Assembly: GCA_964648765.1 (NCBI GenBank)
Contig: CAZYLF010000001.1
Location: forward strand, 480,632-544,631
Source: an uncultured Candidatus Saccharibacteria bacterium
Lineage (GTDB): Bacteria; Patescibacteriota; Minisyncoccia; Phycocordibacterales; JACOZG01
DNA length: 64,000 bases
Direction: 5' to 3'
Position 1 is the first letter of the stretch. Each line of letters begins with the position of its first letter. The notes beneath the pieces are model-generated. The model made no database searches. It saw only the letters and a program-made list of their open reading frames with translations, and was not told the origin of the DNA. Position numbers and translations under genes: made by a program. This document shows positions 28,690 through 39,172 of the stretch, in pieces.

Positions 28690-29922
28690 ATGTTAAATAA
28701 AAATTTTGGAAAAAGTTTTTTTATAAATCTCGCGCTTAGTCTTGGGGCAGTCGCTCTGTTTTTCTCTGGTGTTTACTTTGCCGACACAATTAAAGTTTCT
28801 ACACTTGACGCTGCCACCGAGCGCGCCTCGCTTGATGAGTTCTGGCGAGTTTGGGATATCCTCGATGAACGATATGTAGATACCCATGTAGGCACCACCA
28901 CTAAGGAAATTACTTCACAAATTAAAATGGAAGGAGCGATTGCTGGGTTAGTAGACTCACTTGGCGATCCGTACACAGTTTTCTTACCTCCAGAAGAAAA
29001 AAAGTCATTTGAGGAGGATATTAGCGGTAATTTTGGTGGAGTAGGGATGGAGGTTGGGTTTAGAGATAAACGGCTCACCGTTATTGCCCCATTACCCGAC
29101 ACACCAGCTAAGCGTGGTGGGATTGAGTCTGGCGATTTAATTTTAGAAATTGACGGCCTGTCTGCTGATGGCATGTCAGTTTACGATGCTGTGCAAAAAA
29201 TCCGTGGTGAGATCGGCACAAATGTTAAAATTACTGTACTAAAAAAAGATGCCACCGAACCAGTAGAGATCACCTTAAAACGTGCTGCAATAAAAGTTCC
29301 AACTCTTAAAACTCAAGTAATAAATAGTGACGGCAAAAAAGTGTTTCTAATTCGTCTTTATAATTTTAATGCTGAAGCCTCAGGTGATTTCCGAACGTCT
29401 CTTAAAGAGTTTGTGGATTCTGGATCAAGTCGTTTGGTGCTTGATTTGCGTGGTAATCCTGGTGGTTATCTTGAATCATCGGTTGATATTGCGAGTTGGT
29501 TTTTGCCAGTTGGTTTGCCTGTGGTAGTAGAGGATCGTGGCGTAGGCGAGGAGAAAAAAGTTTACAAAAGTCGCGGTTATAATATCTTTAATAAAAACTT
29601 AAAGATGGCAGTGCTTATTGATGGAGGGAGCGCGTCGGCTTCAGAGATTTTAGCTGGAGCACTTTCAGAACATGGCAAAGCTACTTTGGTTGGTGAAAAA
29701 ACTTTTGGTAAAGGATCGGTGCAAGAGGTGGTAAACGTGGGTGAGGGGAGCGCTCTTAAGGTTACGATTGCTAGGTGGCTCACGCCGTTTGGTCACTCTA
29801 TCTCTGGTAATGGACTTACCCCGAAGGTTGAAGTCAAGTATGAAAAACCTGAAAAAGATGATAATTTAGACCCCGATCGAATTGATAACCAGATTAAAAA
29901 AGCACTTGAGCTTGTAAAATAA
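28690..29922 (+). CDS. ctpA: Carboxy-terminal processing (tail-specific) protease, S41 family
   Basis: N-terminal TM, PDZ domain ([13 protein letters not shown]), S41 core [13 protein letters not shown]. Confidence 0.85.
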   Translation: MLNKNFGKSFFINLALSLGAVALFFSGVYFADTIKVSTLDAATERASLDEFWRVWDILDERYVDTHVGTTTKEITSQIKMEGAIAGLVDSLGDPYTVFLPPEEKKSFEEDISGNFGGVGMEVGFRDKRLTVIAPLPDTPAKRGGIESGDLILEIDGLSADGMSVYDAVQKIRGEIGTNVKITVLKKDATEPVEITLKRAAIKVPTLKTQVINSDGKKVFLIRLYNFNAEASGDFRTSLKEFVDSGSSRLVLDLRGNPGGYLESSVDIASWFLPVGLPVVVEDRGVGEEKKVYKSRGYNIFNKNLKMAVLIDGGSASASEILAGALSEHGKATLVGEKTFGKGSVQEVVNVGEGSALKVTIARWLTPFGHSISGNGLTPKVEVKYEKPEKDDNLDPDRIDNQIKKALELVK

Positions 29923-29923
29923 A

Positions 29924-30367
29924 ATGAAAGTAATTTTTCTAAATGATGTACGTGGCGTGGGACGTCGCGGGGATGTGAAGGAGGTTAAGGATGGTTACGC
30001 TAGGAATTTTTTATTCCCTCAAAAATTAGCACTTGAAGCTAGTGCTGGTAATTTAAAAACGGCTGAAAAAAATAGACAAAACAAACTTGAAGGGCAAAAA
30101 ATTCAAGACGAACTTGGCCGTGAGTTAGTGGTTAAACTTAAAGAGATCACCGTCATTATTAAGGCCAAGGCTAGCGAGAAGGGCCACTTGTTTGTAGGTT
30201 TACACGCTAAAGAAGTTGCCGAAGCCTTAAATAAGCAATTTAATATCTCATTGAGTCCAGATTGGATTGAACTTGATAAACCACTAAAGGCCACTGGCGC
30301 ACATGTGCTACCAGTGACCTTGGGTAATAGTAAAGGAGAAATTAAACTTGAAGTAGAAGCAATTTAG
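29924..30367 (+). CDS. rplI: 50S ribosomal protein L9
   Basis: [30 protein letters not shown] is a typical L9 N-domain. Confidence 0.85.
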   Translation: MKVIFLNDVRGVGRRGDVKEVKDGYARNFLFPQKLALEASAGNLKTAEKNRQNKLEGQKIQDELGRELVVKLKEITVIIKAKASEKGHLFVGLHAKEVAEALNKQFNISLSPDWIELDKPLKATGAHVLPVTLGNSKGEIKLEVEAI

Positions 30368-30636
30368 AGAACCTCAACTACGTGCACGCGAGTGACGCGG
30401 TTATTGAAACCGGTCTTCCTTTTTTCTTTGATTACGACGTTACCAGTTTTGATAGCGAAAAGAGTGTGGTCCTTACCCATATCTACGCCGCGTCCGGCCA
30501 CAAAGCGTGTGCCACGCTGACGCACAATAATCATGCCTGGTTTTGCCACTTCACCCACGTATAATTTAACACCCAAATATTGGGCATTAGAATCTCTTAA
30601 GTTACGAGCTGTACCGCCAGCTTTACGATGTGCCAT
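30364..30636 (-). CDS. rpmA: 50S ribosomal protein L27
   Basis: [24 protein letters not shown] is the typical L27 N-terminus; 90 aa. Confidence 0.9.
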   Translation of the reverse strand: MAHRKAGGTARNLRDSNAQYLGVKLYVGEVAKPGMIIVRQRGTRFVAGRGVDMGKDHTLFAIKTGNVVIKEKRKTGFNNRVTRVHVVEVL

Positions 30637-30668
30637 AAACTAAAATTTGTTAAAATATTTAATGAACC

Positions 30669-31061
30669 ATGATTCTAACAGAATGGCTAGAAAAAATCAA
30701 ACAACAGGAGAGGCCGTTGGTTTGGCTAGGTTTTTTACTGCTTACCAACCTCTTAGCCTTCGGTTTAGGCAGACTGACGATCTTAGTAGGGGAATCGGAG
30801 CCTATTACTGTGGATTATCAGCCACAGGTTATGGCAAGCCAGGTGGCTCAAGTTGCACCAGCAACGACCCAAGAAAAACCAAAGGTAAGCCTCGGTAAAG
30901 TTACCCAACTTGTGGCTTCAAAAAGTGGAACAAAATATCATTTGCCAAACTGCCCGGGCGCTAAGCAAATTAAAGAGTCAAATAAAATCTTCTTCGCCTC
31001 GGTGGAGGAGGCAATTCGTGCCGGCTACACCCCCGCCGCCAATTGTCCGGGTTTAAAATAA
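30669..31061 (+). CDS. Membrane-anchored protein with C-terminal Ada-like (YHxPxCP...C) zinc-binding motif
   Basis: N-terminal TM; C-terminal KYHLPNCPGAKQIKESNKIFFASVEEAIRAGYTPAANCPG fits the metal-binding pattern of Ada N-terminal-like domains. Confidence 0.45.
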   Translation: MILTEWLEKIKQQERPLVWLGFLLLTNLLAFGLGRLTILVGESEPITVDYQPQVMASQVAQVAPATTQEKPKVSLGKVTQLVASKSGTKYHLPNCPGAKQIKESNKIFFASVEEAIRAGYTPAANCPGLK

Positions 31062-31090
31062 AAAAGCCGCGGACAAGTGTGTCCGCGGTG
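31060..31090. terminator. Bidirectional hairpin terminator
   Basis: CCGCGGACAagtgTGTCCGCGG perfect 9-bp stem; A-run upstream on + gives a T-run on the minus strand for ORF 31122..31451. Confidence 0.65.
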
Positions 31091-31121
31091 GAATAAGTTA
31101 TGGTAAAAACGTCATTACCCC

Positions 31122-31451
31122 CTACTCTAATAGGGCAGAGGGGACCCCAAATCTTTGAACTGTAGATGGGTGCGCAACCGGATCTCCGTAATGCTTCTCA
31201 TGCCATTTGCATGGGCGCAGATTAGAAACCAGAAATGTCCCAGAGTATCGTCCGATGACCTTACCGTGATCGTCTTCCAGTTCAACTTTCACAAAAGCCC
31301 AATCACCATTGATGTGGCCCACAATACCGGAGAGCCCGCAATACTTGCCTTGAGCAGTAATGATTACCTCCATGTTCGGCATAATTTGCGACATTACAAG
31401 TTCCTCCCTAAAGAACAAGTCACTCCCTTCCTTCCAAAGAGGGGAGATCAA
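31122..31451 (-). CDS. Hypothetical protein (probable start at internal Met, MSQIMPN...)
   Basis: ORF with terminator; no recognisable domain. Confidence 0.35.
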   Translation of the reverse strand: MISPLWKEGSDLFFREELVMSQIMPNMEVIITAQGKYCGLSGIVGHINGDWAFVKVELEDDHGKVIGRYSGTFLVSNLRPCKWHEKHYGDPVAHPSTVQRFGVPSALLE

Positions 31452-31593
31452 CCGTAGATTTTAGCATTCAGACAAAGTGGTTGTCTAGGAAGCAGTTTCT
31501 GTGTAAAATAGTAGTATCTAAAATATCTATCATGTTGTAACTAAGAAACGAGGATAGCTGTCAGATTATTAGGTTTGATAACCTCGTTTCAAC

Positions 31594-32556
31594 ATGAATA
31601 AACTCTTTGTTAAAAACCTCGTTATTCGCGGTCGTCACGGTCAAACTGGTCGCGAGCGGGTGGAAGATCAAGTTTTTGAAGTCGATATTAAAATTAGCTT
31701 AGACACCAGTATTCCAGCTAAAACCGATTCTTTAGCTGATGCCTATGATTATAAACAGGCCGTAGCGATTGCTAGCGCTGTGATTACTGGTACTAGTTCG
31801 AGCCTACTTGAGCAATTAGCTGATCGAATTGCCACGCATATTGTAAATGATGATAAGGTCGATGGTGTGGAAGTAATAATCCGCAAACCCGGTAGTGGGG
31901 GAGATGGTGTGCCGGGGATTAAAGTAAAAAAGAAACGAACACTTCATCAGCTGCCAGTTGGTTTTTTGCCATTTGATTTTTCTCACGCAGTTGGAGAGAT
32001 TAGAGAGCACGGTGCTACCTCTTTTCCCCTACTTGAGGAGTATTATCGCTTGATGCTTTTACGTGAAGCTGAAAAATTGAACTATAAAAATCAGCCCGAG
32101 TTTGTGGGGCCAGCTAAAGTTCATGAACAGCTATCTTCAGTAGAAAAAATTCCTGAGCCCAGTATATTTACCGCGCTTAAAAAAGAATTTGAAACTCTGC
32201 TGGCCTGCTCGGTAATGAACCTTGGAGCAGAGGAGAGGCCCTTTGAAGTCCCCTTTATATTTAATGAAATATCACTTCAAAAATATAATGCCGGATCAAT
32301 TGGTATTACAGCTCACCTCGACAGTGCTCGTTGTCAGAATTTAATCGTTATTTTCGTACTTAAGGGAGAAGCAAAATTTGCTACATGTAAGGACCGAAGT
32401 GGCACAGATGCTCATGACGTTAATCCTAAGCCAGGCAATGTAATCTTAATGCGCGCTAGTGGTTTTGATGAATCAGATTTCCGACCTTTTCACTTTTTAA
32501 GTGATGTGACGGAAGAGAGGATTGCCTTTGGCTTACGAGGTCTTAGAAAAACATAA
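31594..32556 (+). CDS. Fusion protein: N-terminal dihydroneopterin aldolase (FolB)-like domain + C-terminal uncharacterised domain with HxD...H motif (2OG-Fe(II)-oxygenase/cupin-like?)
   Basis: N-terminus FVKNLVIRGRHGQTGRERVEDQVFEVDIKISLD...DYKQAVAIA matches the FolB/tunnel-fold pattern. C-terminal 200 aa contain GITAHLDSAR ... DAHDVNPKPGNVILMRA. Confidence 0.5.
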   Translation: MNKLFVKNLVIRGRHGQTGRERVEDQVFEVDIKISLDTSIPAKTDSLADAYDYKQAVAIASAVITGTSSSLLEQLADRIATHIVNDDKVDGVEVIIRKPGSGGDGVPGIKVKKKRTLHQLPVGFLPFDFSHAVGEIREHGATSFPLLEEYYRLMLLREAEKLNYKNQPEFVGPAKVHEQLSSVEKIPEPSIFTALKKEFETLLACSVMNLGAEERPFEVPFIFNEISLQKYNAGSIGITAHLDSARCQNLIVIFVLKGEAKFATCKDRSGTDAHDVNPKPGNVILMRASGFDESDFRPFHFLSDVTEERIAFGLRGLRKT

Positions 32557-32598
32557 CGTCGCACAATATATCTTTTGCGACGTTAGGCTTGAGTTGAT

Positions 32599-33045
32599 TT
32601 AGGACTTGGCTTGGTACTTACCCCAGCACGGTTTGCTCCACTTCCAGTGTTTAATACCGTTGGGTTCACTCATAAGTTGGATGGCGTACTCAATGTTACC
32701 GTTAATGGTGTTGATATTTAAGCCACGTTTTACGCTGGCTTCTTTATGAAATTGTTCATTGATTTGGAAAACACCCACGTCGTCTGGGTTCTTAATACCG
32801 CGTAAAGGCTTACCATTGGTATCATACTGCCTTAAATTACTCTCACATGAGGCGATTCTGAGCGCTAATGAAGCGTCCACACCATCGTAAGCGTTGGCAG
32901 TCTTAATGATTTGCTCCTCAATACCGGCTGGCTCCTCAAACACGCGAGCTAAATTAGCGTCGTTTAAATTGGCCGAGATATTGGCTTGGTTAAGCTGAGT
33001 GATAGCGATAAGGCTTGCTAAGCCGGTTTGAATTAATGTATGCAT
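32599..33045 (-). CDS. Lysozyme-like / GH23 lytic transglycosylase-like protein
   Basis: ASCESNLRQYD (catalytic E-S) and GVFQINEQFH (GLMQ-like) motifs; N-terminal signal or TM. Confidence 0.5.
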   Translation of the reverse strand: MHTLIQTGLASLIAITQLNQANISANLNDANLARVFEEPAGIEEQIIKTANAYDGVDASLALRIASCESNLRQYDTNGKPLRGIKNPDDVGVFQINEQFHKEASVKRGLNINTINGNIEYAIQLMSEPNGIKHWKWSKPCWGKYQAKS

Positions 33046-33147
33046 ATTGGTATAAAATGGCTTATTAAAGCCAAAAAATTGAGGGCTTAACCCTCAATCT
33101 CTATAAGACTAGCATACTTTCTTCCTCCTGTCAATACGGTGAAACGT

Positions 33148-33342
33148 TTAACTCAAACTGTCAAACCAGGGTTTTAAGACGTCATTCCAGAGATATTTTA
33201 GCCTTTCCCAGAGGAAGGCCGACCATTTTTGGACCACTTCTGACTCAAATAGATTCTGTAAATCAACTTTAAAGTAGGCGAGTAAGACAATAATAAAGAT
33301 TATGATCAAAATTCCCCTGATAAATCCCCTGTTTGATTTCAT
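33148..33342 (-). CDS. Hypothetical small membrane protein
   Basis: 64 aa, one TM (ILIIIFIIVLLAYF). Confidence 0.3.
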   Translation of the reverse strand: MKSNRGFIRGILIIIFIIVLLAYFKVDLQNLFESEVVQKWSAFLWERLKYLWNDVLKPWFDSLS

Positions 33343-33349
33343 AAATATA

Positions 33350-34615
33350 TTATAGATAAATTAAGGGATCTAAGTAAGCGTCTGTGGGGGCAACTGGCAA
33401 AGTGTAAGTACCTCCACATACCTGGCTTTTCTTTTGAATAATTTGCACCGCGTCAGCCACATAGACTGTAAAGTGTAGATGTGGGCCGGTGGTATAGCCT
33501 GTGTTCCCACTATAACCAATTACCTCGCCACTACCAACTGCCTGATTAGCCACAACTTTAATAAGTGATAAATGAGCGTATAGAGTTGTTAGGCCATTAG
33601 GGTGCTTAACCAAGACCCATTTGCCGTATGAGGCACCTGGGCAAACTCGGTCGGTATCGCCCACTCCCATTATTGTTCCTGCGCCAGCCGACATTACTCT
33701 GGTGCCTTCACTTGCACGAAAATCAACACCATTATGACTGCCTGAAGTATAAAGACGTTTAGAGTCGGAGGTAACCCCAAATTGTTGAGTAAGAGTAACT
33801 TGATCTAGTGGCCAAGCAAGTACGCCTTTACCAGCTGGCGGGATTTTAGTTGGGTCAAGCACAAACTTGAGTTGAGATTCAAAGTCGAATAGTTCACGCT
33901 CAAAGGCATCTTTCTTAGCCTTACGATCAGCTAGTAGTTTAATATACTCTGATTCCTTGTTTTTTGTTTGTGATAAAAGTTTATTAGTGCTTTGTTTGTT
34001 TGCTTCAGCAATTGATTTTTGGTCAGCAACTTCAGTTTTATAATTTTCCAGGACTTTTTTTGCCTTGCTTGCCTCCGTTTCTTTATTTGAAAGGTCAATC
34101 TTAATATCTTCAAGTTCTATTATTTTATCCTTAGTAGCATTCTCAAATTGCTCAAAAGAACTTGCCTCCAAGACAACTTCTGCCCAGGTTTGGTGGGAAA
34201 GTAGCGCCTCAACTAAAGACACAGAGTTATTTTGATGAATTTTTCTCAGTGATTCTTTAATTGCATCCTTGTGTTTTGCAATACTTGTACTTTTTTCACC
34301 TATCTCACCTTTCAGTCCCTCAATTTTAAGTTGAGTTGCGGTAATTTTATTTTCAGTTAATGAAATATCAGCATTAAGTTTTTTCTTCAAGGTTTCAAGT
34401 CGAGCCACTTCACTGCTTAGAGTTTTGGACTGTGCTGAGGTTTTACTAAGTTCAGCATTATATTTTGCAATTTCCACTTCAATTTCTTTAATGGCTTTTT
34501 GTCGGTCTTCAATTTTTTGCTTTAGTGCGTCAATTTCATCTGCACGTGCAGGTACGCCAAATATAATTTGAAAAGTAAAAATCAGTAATGTTAATTTAAC
34601 TAATTTATTAACCAA
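33350..34615 (-). CDS. M23-family peptidoglycan endopeptidase with N-terminal coiled-coil (EnvC/LytM-like)
   Basis: Signal/TM, about 230 aa of coiled-coil, C-terminal M23 domain (HNGVDFRA...GNTGYTTGPHLHFTV). Confidence 0.8.
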   Translation of the reverse strand: MVNKLVKLTLLIFTFQIIFGVPARADEIDALKQKIEDRQKAIKEIEVEIAKYNAELSKTSAQSKTLSSEVARLETLKKKLNADISLTENKITATQLKIEGLKGEIGEKSTSIAKHKDAIKESLRKIHQNNSVSLVEALLSHQTWAEVVLEASSFEQFENATKDKIIELEDIKIDLSNKETEASKAKKVLENYKTEVADQKSIAEANKQSTNKLLSQTKNKESEYIKLLADRKAKKDAFERELFDFESQLKFVLDPTKIPPAGKGVLAWPLDQVTLTQQFGVTSDSKRLYTSGSHNGVDFRASEGTRVMSAGAGTIMGVGDTDRVCPGASYGKWVLVKHPNGLTTLYAHLSLIKVVANQAVGSGEVIGYSGNTGYTTGPHLHFTVYVADAVQIIQKKSQVCGGTYTLPVAPTDAYLDPLIYL

Positions 34616-35894
34616 GATTTAAAGCGTTATTTAAACGAGTAATTGTATCATTCTTGCCTAGAACTTCTGCCACAGTAAATGGGTCAGGTGACTTCTCTTT
34701 GCCAGTTAGGGCCACGCGCATTGGCCAAAGAACCTCCCCTCTCCCCTTCTCATCTGCGTAGGGCATTATCGCCTCTTTAATTTTTTCTTTTGTAAATTGA
34801 GCTTCTGGAATTGGTTCTAATAATTTAATTATTTCTGTAAAGTGTTCGGAATTCTTGAGCATATCTTTTTCAATCTTTGGTGAGCTAAAAAAGTATTCTA
34901 ATTCGCCGGCTTCCTTCATCAACTTAATATCACCAAAATTATTAATTCTTTCTCTAACTATCGGTAAAACTTTTTCTGGTAGTTTAGTGCCATACCAAGA
35001 TTCGCAAATTTTTGAAAAGTTATCGTCGCTTAACTTTTTAATATATTCGCGGTTAAACCAGTTTAGTTTTTCAGGATTAAAAATTGCTGGAGATTTTTGC
35101 ACTTTTGTTAAATCAAAAACTTGCACAAGTTCATCCCGGGTAAAAAGTTCTTGCTCAGTGCCAGGATTCCAGCCAGTCATAGCCACCATGTTAAGTAGGG
35201 CCTCGGGTAAGTAGCCAGTATCCCGGTAACTTGTAACAGGTAAAGCTCCGCGGCGTTTAGAGAGCTTTAATTTATCTGGGCCCAGTACTAGTGGTAAATG
35301 TGCGTACACCACTGGCGTTGCCCCAATTGCTCTGGCAATTAAAATTTGTCTTGGGGTGTTTGAAACGTGATCGTCCCCCCTGATTACATGGGTCACACCC
35401 TCGTCAAAGTCGTCCACCACAACTGCGAGGTGAAAGAGTGGTTCATTAATATTTTTAGCGAGTACAAAATCACCCAAATCAGTTGTGTTAATTGTGATCC
35501 CACCTTTTATTTCATCTTGAAAAGTGATGTCGATGTTTGGATTTCTAAATCTCACAATCTCCTTAATTTCTCCGCTGCCATCTTTAGAAGCTTCTTTAGA
35601 AATGTAGGCTTTATCTTCAGCGATTAATTTTTGTAGAACTTCCTTGTGCCGCTCTACATGCTCACTCTGGCGATAAAATTCGTCATAATCTAGCCCAAGC
35701 CACTTAAGAGATTCCAGAATATTTTCTTCATTTTCTTTTGTGGATCTGGCTCGGTCTGTGTCTTCAATCCGCAAAATAAATTTACCAACATGTTTACGCG
35801 CATAAAGATACGAAAATATTGCCGTGCGGTAAGAACCGGAGTGGAGTAACCCCGTTGGACTAGGAGCAAAACGGGTAATAACTTTAGGATTCAT
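34608..35894 (-). CDS. gltX: Glutamyl-tRNA synthetase (short form)
   Basis: RFAPSPTGLLHSGS (HIGH-like), KLSKR; 428 aa. Confidence 0.85.
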   Translation of the reverse strand: MNPKVITRFAPSPTGLLHSGSYRTAIFSYLYARKHVGKFILRIEDTDRARSTKENEENILESLKWLGLDYDEFYRQSEHVERHKEVLQKLIAEDKAYISKEASKDGSGEIKEIVRFRNPNIDITFQDEIKGGITINTTDLGDFVLAKNINEPLFHLAVVVDDFDEGVTHVIRGDDHVSNTPRQILIARAIGATPVVYAHLPLVLGPDKLKLSKRRGALPVTSYRDTGYLPEALLNMVAMTGWNPGTEQELFTRDELVQVFDLTKVQKSPAIFNPEKLNWFNREYIKKLSDDNFSKICESWYGTKLPEKVLPIVRERINNFGDIKLMKEAGELEYFFSSPKIEKDMLKNSEHFTEIIKLLEPIPEAQFTKEKIKEAIMPYADEKGRGEVLWPMRVALTGKEKSPDPFTVAEVLGKNDTITRLNNALNLG

Positions 35895-37011
35895 GTTCTA
35901 GGGCTAACGTTAAGATTTCTTTGGCAATTACTTGTCCAGCATCCTTGCGAGCAAAGTTTGCCAAGGCTTGAGACATTTGATCACGAAGAGTTTGGTTCGT
36001 CATGAGTCGGTTAATTTCTGAAGCGAGAACGGAAGCCGTAAGATTGTCCTGCTCAATTACTACTGCGCCTCCTGAAGCGGCAAAGGTGAAAGCGTTGGTG
36101 CGCTGATCGTGACTAATTGGCTCTGGGATCGGGATAATAATTGAAGGTAAACCCCAAAGAGCAATTTCAAAAATTACTGATCCAGCGCGCGAGACCACCA
36201 GCGATGAGGCCCCGGCCGCCATTTTGATAGCGCTTGAGTCTAAGTAATCAAAAAGTTTATAACGATCTTTGTTTGGGTTCTTCTCTAAGATTACTGAAAC
36301 TCGCTTTTTTATATCCTCATAATTATCTTTACCAACTTGGTGAATAACCTGATACTTCTCAATAATTTGTGGCAAAGCATCAATAAGAGTTTCGTTAATT
36401 GCGCCCGCCCCTTGCGAGCCGCCAGTTACAAAAACGATCGGTAAGTTTTTATCTAAGCCTAAGAATTCATGAGCGCCATTTTTAATTGGCGTCATGATTT
36501 CAGTGCGGATCGGATTACCGGTGATTGCTGTTTTGTCGGCGGGGAAATATTTTGATGCTTCAGGATAAGAGATGGCTACTCGTCGGGCAAATTTTGCAGA
36601 CCACAAATTTACTTTGCCAGGATGAGAGTCTGACTCATGAATAATGACTGGGATGCCAAGAAATCTCGCTGCAAATAATGTGGGGAAGCTCGCATAAGCA
36701 CCCTTACTAAAGATTACATCTGGGTAAATACGGTAAAGCTTCCAAAAGGCACCTAATATACCAAAAAAAGTTTTGACTCCATCGGTAAAGTTTTTTAAAG
36801 AAAAGTAGCGACGCATTTTGCCGGCTGAAACTTTTACGAAGGTGATGTTGTTTTCATAAAGTAATTTTTCGTTGTAAGGATCTGGCGCAAAATAATAAAG
36901 CTTAGGTTGAACTAATTTTTGTTCGCGGATCTGATTATTGATTTCTTCAGCAACGGCAATGATTGGGTAAAAGTGCCCACCTGTGCCACCGCCAGTAAAT
37001 ACTATTTTCAT
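35884..37011 (-). CDS. murG: UDP-GlcNAc:lipid I GlcNAc transferase MurG
   Basis: MKIVFTGGGTGGHFYP G-loop; GT28 fold. Confidence 0.9.
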   Translation of the reverse strand: MKIVFTGGGTGGHFYPIIAVAEEINNQIREQKLVQPKLYYFAPDPYNEKLLYENNITFVKVSAGKMRRYFSLKNFTDGVKTFFGILGAFWKLYRIYPDVIFSKGAYASFPTLFAARFLGIPVIIHESDSHPGKVNLWSAKFARRVAISYPEASKYFPADKTAITGNPIRTEIMTPIKNGAHEFLGLDKNLPIVFVTGGSQGAGAINETLIDALPQIIEKYQVIHQVGKDNYEDIKKRVSVILEKNPNKDRYKLFDYLDSSAIKMAAGASSLVVSRAGSVIFEIALWGLPSIIIPIPEPISHDQRTNAFTFAASGGAVVIEQDNLTASVLASEINRLMTNQTLRDQMSQALANFARKDAGQVIAKEILTLALEHES

Positions 37012-38114
37012 GTTTTTGAAATTTGTTGCTTAGCCACGTTTAAAATTAACCCCACTCCCACGAGCACAAAGAATAATGAACTCCCACCCTGACTGATAAA
37101 CGGTAAAGTGGTGCCAGCCAGCGGGATTAAGCCAAGCATTGAGGCCATATTAGTGAAGGCGCCCAAAAGCACGCTTGTTACCACTCCCACTACTAATAGT
37201 CTACCAAATTGATCGGGTGCGCGCGAAGCAATGCGAACTCCCCAAAGTCCAAATATCGTGAAGGCCAGAATAATTAAGGAAGCACCTAGAAAGCCAAATT
37301 CTTCCCCCGCTACAGCAAATACTGAATCCCCAATTGGTTCTGGTAATAATCTAAATTTATGAATGCTCTGACCGAAGCCTCGCCCAAACCACTGTCCTGA
37401 ACCAATAGCGATTAACGACTGCGTAACTTGATAGGCACTACCCTGCTTATCTGGATTGTCGTCAAAAAAAGTTTGAATGCGATCTCTAACGTGTGGTTGA
37501 GTAGATAGCACCGCTCCGCCTACAACAATAAATACCAAAAGAATAACAGCGAGTTTTTTAAGTTTAGTGCCTGCAGCAAAAAAAATGGCAAAGCTGCTCG
37601 CAATCATTATTCCCAAAGCATCAATGTCTGGTTGTAAAACAAGCACCAAACCAACTAGACCGATAAGAATAAAAAAAGTAATATACTGAGCAACACTCTC
37701 TTCGTTTAAATTTCGAATTTTGGCAATTAAAGCCGCTAAGTAGATTACAAATGCAAGCTTAAGAAATTCTGAGGGTTGAAATGAGACTGGACCAATTGGG
37801 ATCCAACGCTTGGCACCACCTGATTCAATGCCAAAATTTGGGATAAAGACAAGAGCCGAAAGGATAAGAGAAACTACAAAAAAAGGTAAAGCATATTTAC
37901 GCCACAAGCGGTAATCAAATCTTGAAACTAAAACCATAGCTGCGATTCCGAATCCAAGAATAAGAAGTTGCTTGATGGCAATTGCACTAAAACTTGGCCC
38001 ATCGCGACCAAGCAGACCAAGTGAAGCTGAGGCAAAAATAAAGAAGCCAAAGAAAACAAAAAAAAGAATATATATAAAAAATAATCGAGATGTTGCGCGC
38101 GTGCGTAAAGCCAT
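37008..38114 (-). CDS. ftsW: SEDS-family peptidoglycan glycosyltransferase FtsW
   Basis: About 10-TM SEDS protein between mraY and murG. Confidence 0.8.
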   Translation of the reverse strand: MALRTRATSRLFFIYILFFVFFGFFIFASASLGLLGRDGPSFSAIAIKQLLILGFGIAAMVLVSRFDYRLWRKYALPFFVVSLILSALVFIPNFGIESGGAKRWIPIGPVSFQPSEFLKLAFVIYLAALIAKIRNLNEESVAQYITFFILIGLVGLVLVLQPDIDALGIMIASSFAIFFAAGTKLKKLAVILLVFIVVGGAVLSTQPHVRDRIQTFFDDNPDKQGSAYQVTQSLIAIGSGQWFGRGFGQSIHKFRLLPEPIGDSVFAVAGEEFGFLGASLIILAFTIFGLWGVRIASRAPDQFGRLLVVGVVTSVLLGAFTNMASMLGLIPLAGTTLPFISQGGSSLFFVLVGVGLILNVAKQQISKT

Positions 38115-39172
38115 TACTTACCTATTAAGCTAATAATCATGCCGATGACGGCGAAGACGATACTAAACACCCAGTAGCGCATTACAACTTTACTTGCGGG
38201 CCAACCTTTGGCCTCAAAGTGGTGATGGAGAGGCGCTACAAGAAATACCTTTTTGCCATTTCTTAACTTTTTGGAACTTAATTGGATAATTACTGAGAGC
38301 GTGGTGAGCAAAAGCGGCATGGCGATAATTGGTAAAAGGAAAACTGTTTCAGTGAGGAAAGCGATAACAGTGAGCGTGGTGGTGAGACCTAAAATGCCAG
38401 TTTCTGACATATAAAAGCGTGCCGGCGGGATGTTGAACCACAAAAAGGCCAGTGTGCCACCAGTGATCGCAGCGCAAAGTGCGGCGAGGTCAATCTGGTT
38501 TTGGAAGTATGCGATGCCAGTGTAAGCAGCAAAAATAATCGCCATGACTCCCCCAGCTAATCCATCCAAGCCATCAATAACGCCACTAGAGAAAAGTCCA
38601 ACCATGGTGATAACGAAAAGTGGCATGATCCACCAACCAATTGCGAACTCGCCAAAAAACGGAATTAAAACACTCGACTGTTCAAGCTTAAAGTAAAACC
38701 ACCACGCGCCCACTGCTCCTAAAATTGCCACAAGAAGTAAGCGCTTTTTAAACGGCATTCCGCCTGCTAAGTACGTGCCTGTGCCGCGGACTTCAAGCCA
38801 ATCATCAATTAACCCGATGATTGAGGCGACGAGCAAAGTAAATATTGGAAGCCAAGTTTGGTTACGACTTAAAAAGCTCAACTTAGAACTAATGTCGGAA
38901 GGGAAAATTATAGAATAAAGCCAAAGTAAAAGTACGGTGAGGATAACGCTGGCCCAAATTATAATTCCGCCCATGCGTGGCGTGCCCACCTCTTTGTCTT
39001 TATGAAGACCATTAAAAATAGTGGCTTCGCGACCATCGGGAGCTATCTTACCCGCGCGCTTCTTCCACATTTGGTATTTGTATAAATAGAAGGTTAAAAG
39101 CGGAGTAAGAAGAATGCCCAAGGCAAAGGTGATGGTTATAGGGGTGAAGACTTTGAAAAGGCTAATAAACAT
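38114..39172 (-). CDS. mraY: Phospho-N-acetylmuramoyl-pentapeptide transferase MraY
   Basis: PLHHHFE motif and D-D-x-x-D regions (GLIDD); polytopic. Confidence 0.9.
   Translation of the reverse strand: MFISLFKVFTPITITFALGILLTPLLTFYLYKYQMWKKRAGKIAPDGREATIFNGLHKDKEVGTPRMGGIIIWASVILTVLLLWLYSIIFPSDISSKLSFLSRNQTWLPIFTLLVASIIGLIDDWLEVRGTGTYLAGGMPFKKRLLLVAILGAVGAWWFYFKLEQSSVLIPFFGEFAIGWWIMPLFVITMVGLFSSGVIDGLDGLAGGVMAIIFAAYTGIAYFQNQIDLAALCAAITGGTLAFLWFNIPPARFYMSETGILGLTTTLTVIAFLTETVFLLPIIAMPLLLTTLSVIIQLSSKKLRNGKKVFLVAPLHHHFEAKGWPASKVVMRYWVFSIVFAVIGMIISLIGK

Noticed and set aside
30647-30898. 83-aa + ORF overlapping the start of 30669..31061
   Set aside because: Out-of-frame overlap with the longer ORF that carries the conserved C-terminal motif; no independent support.
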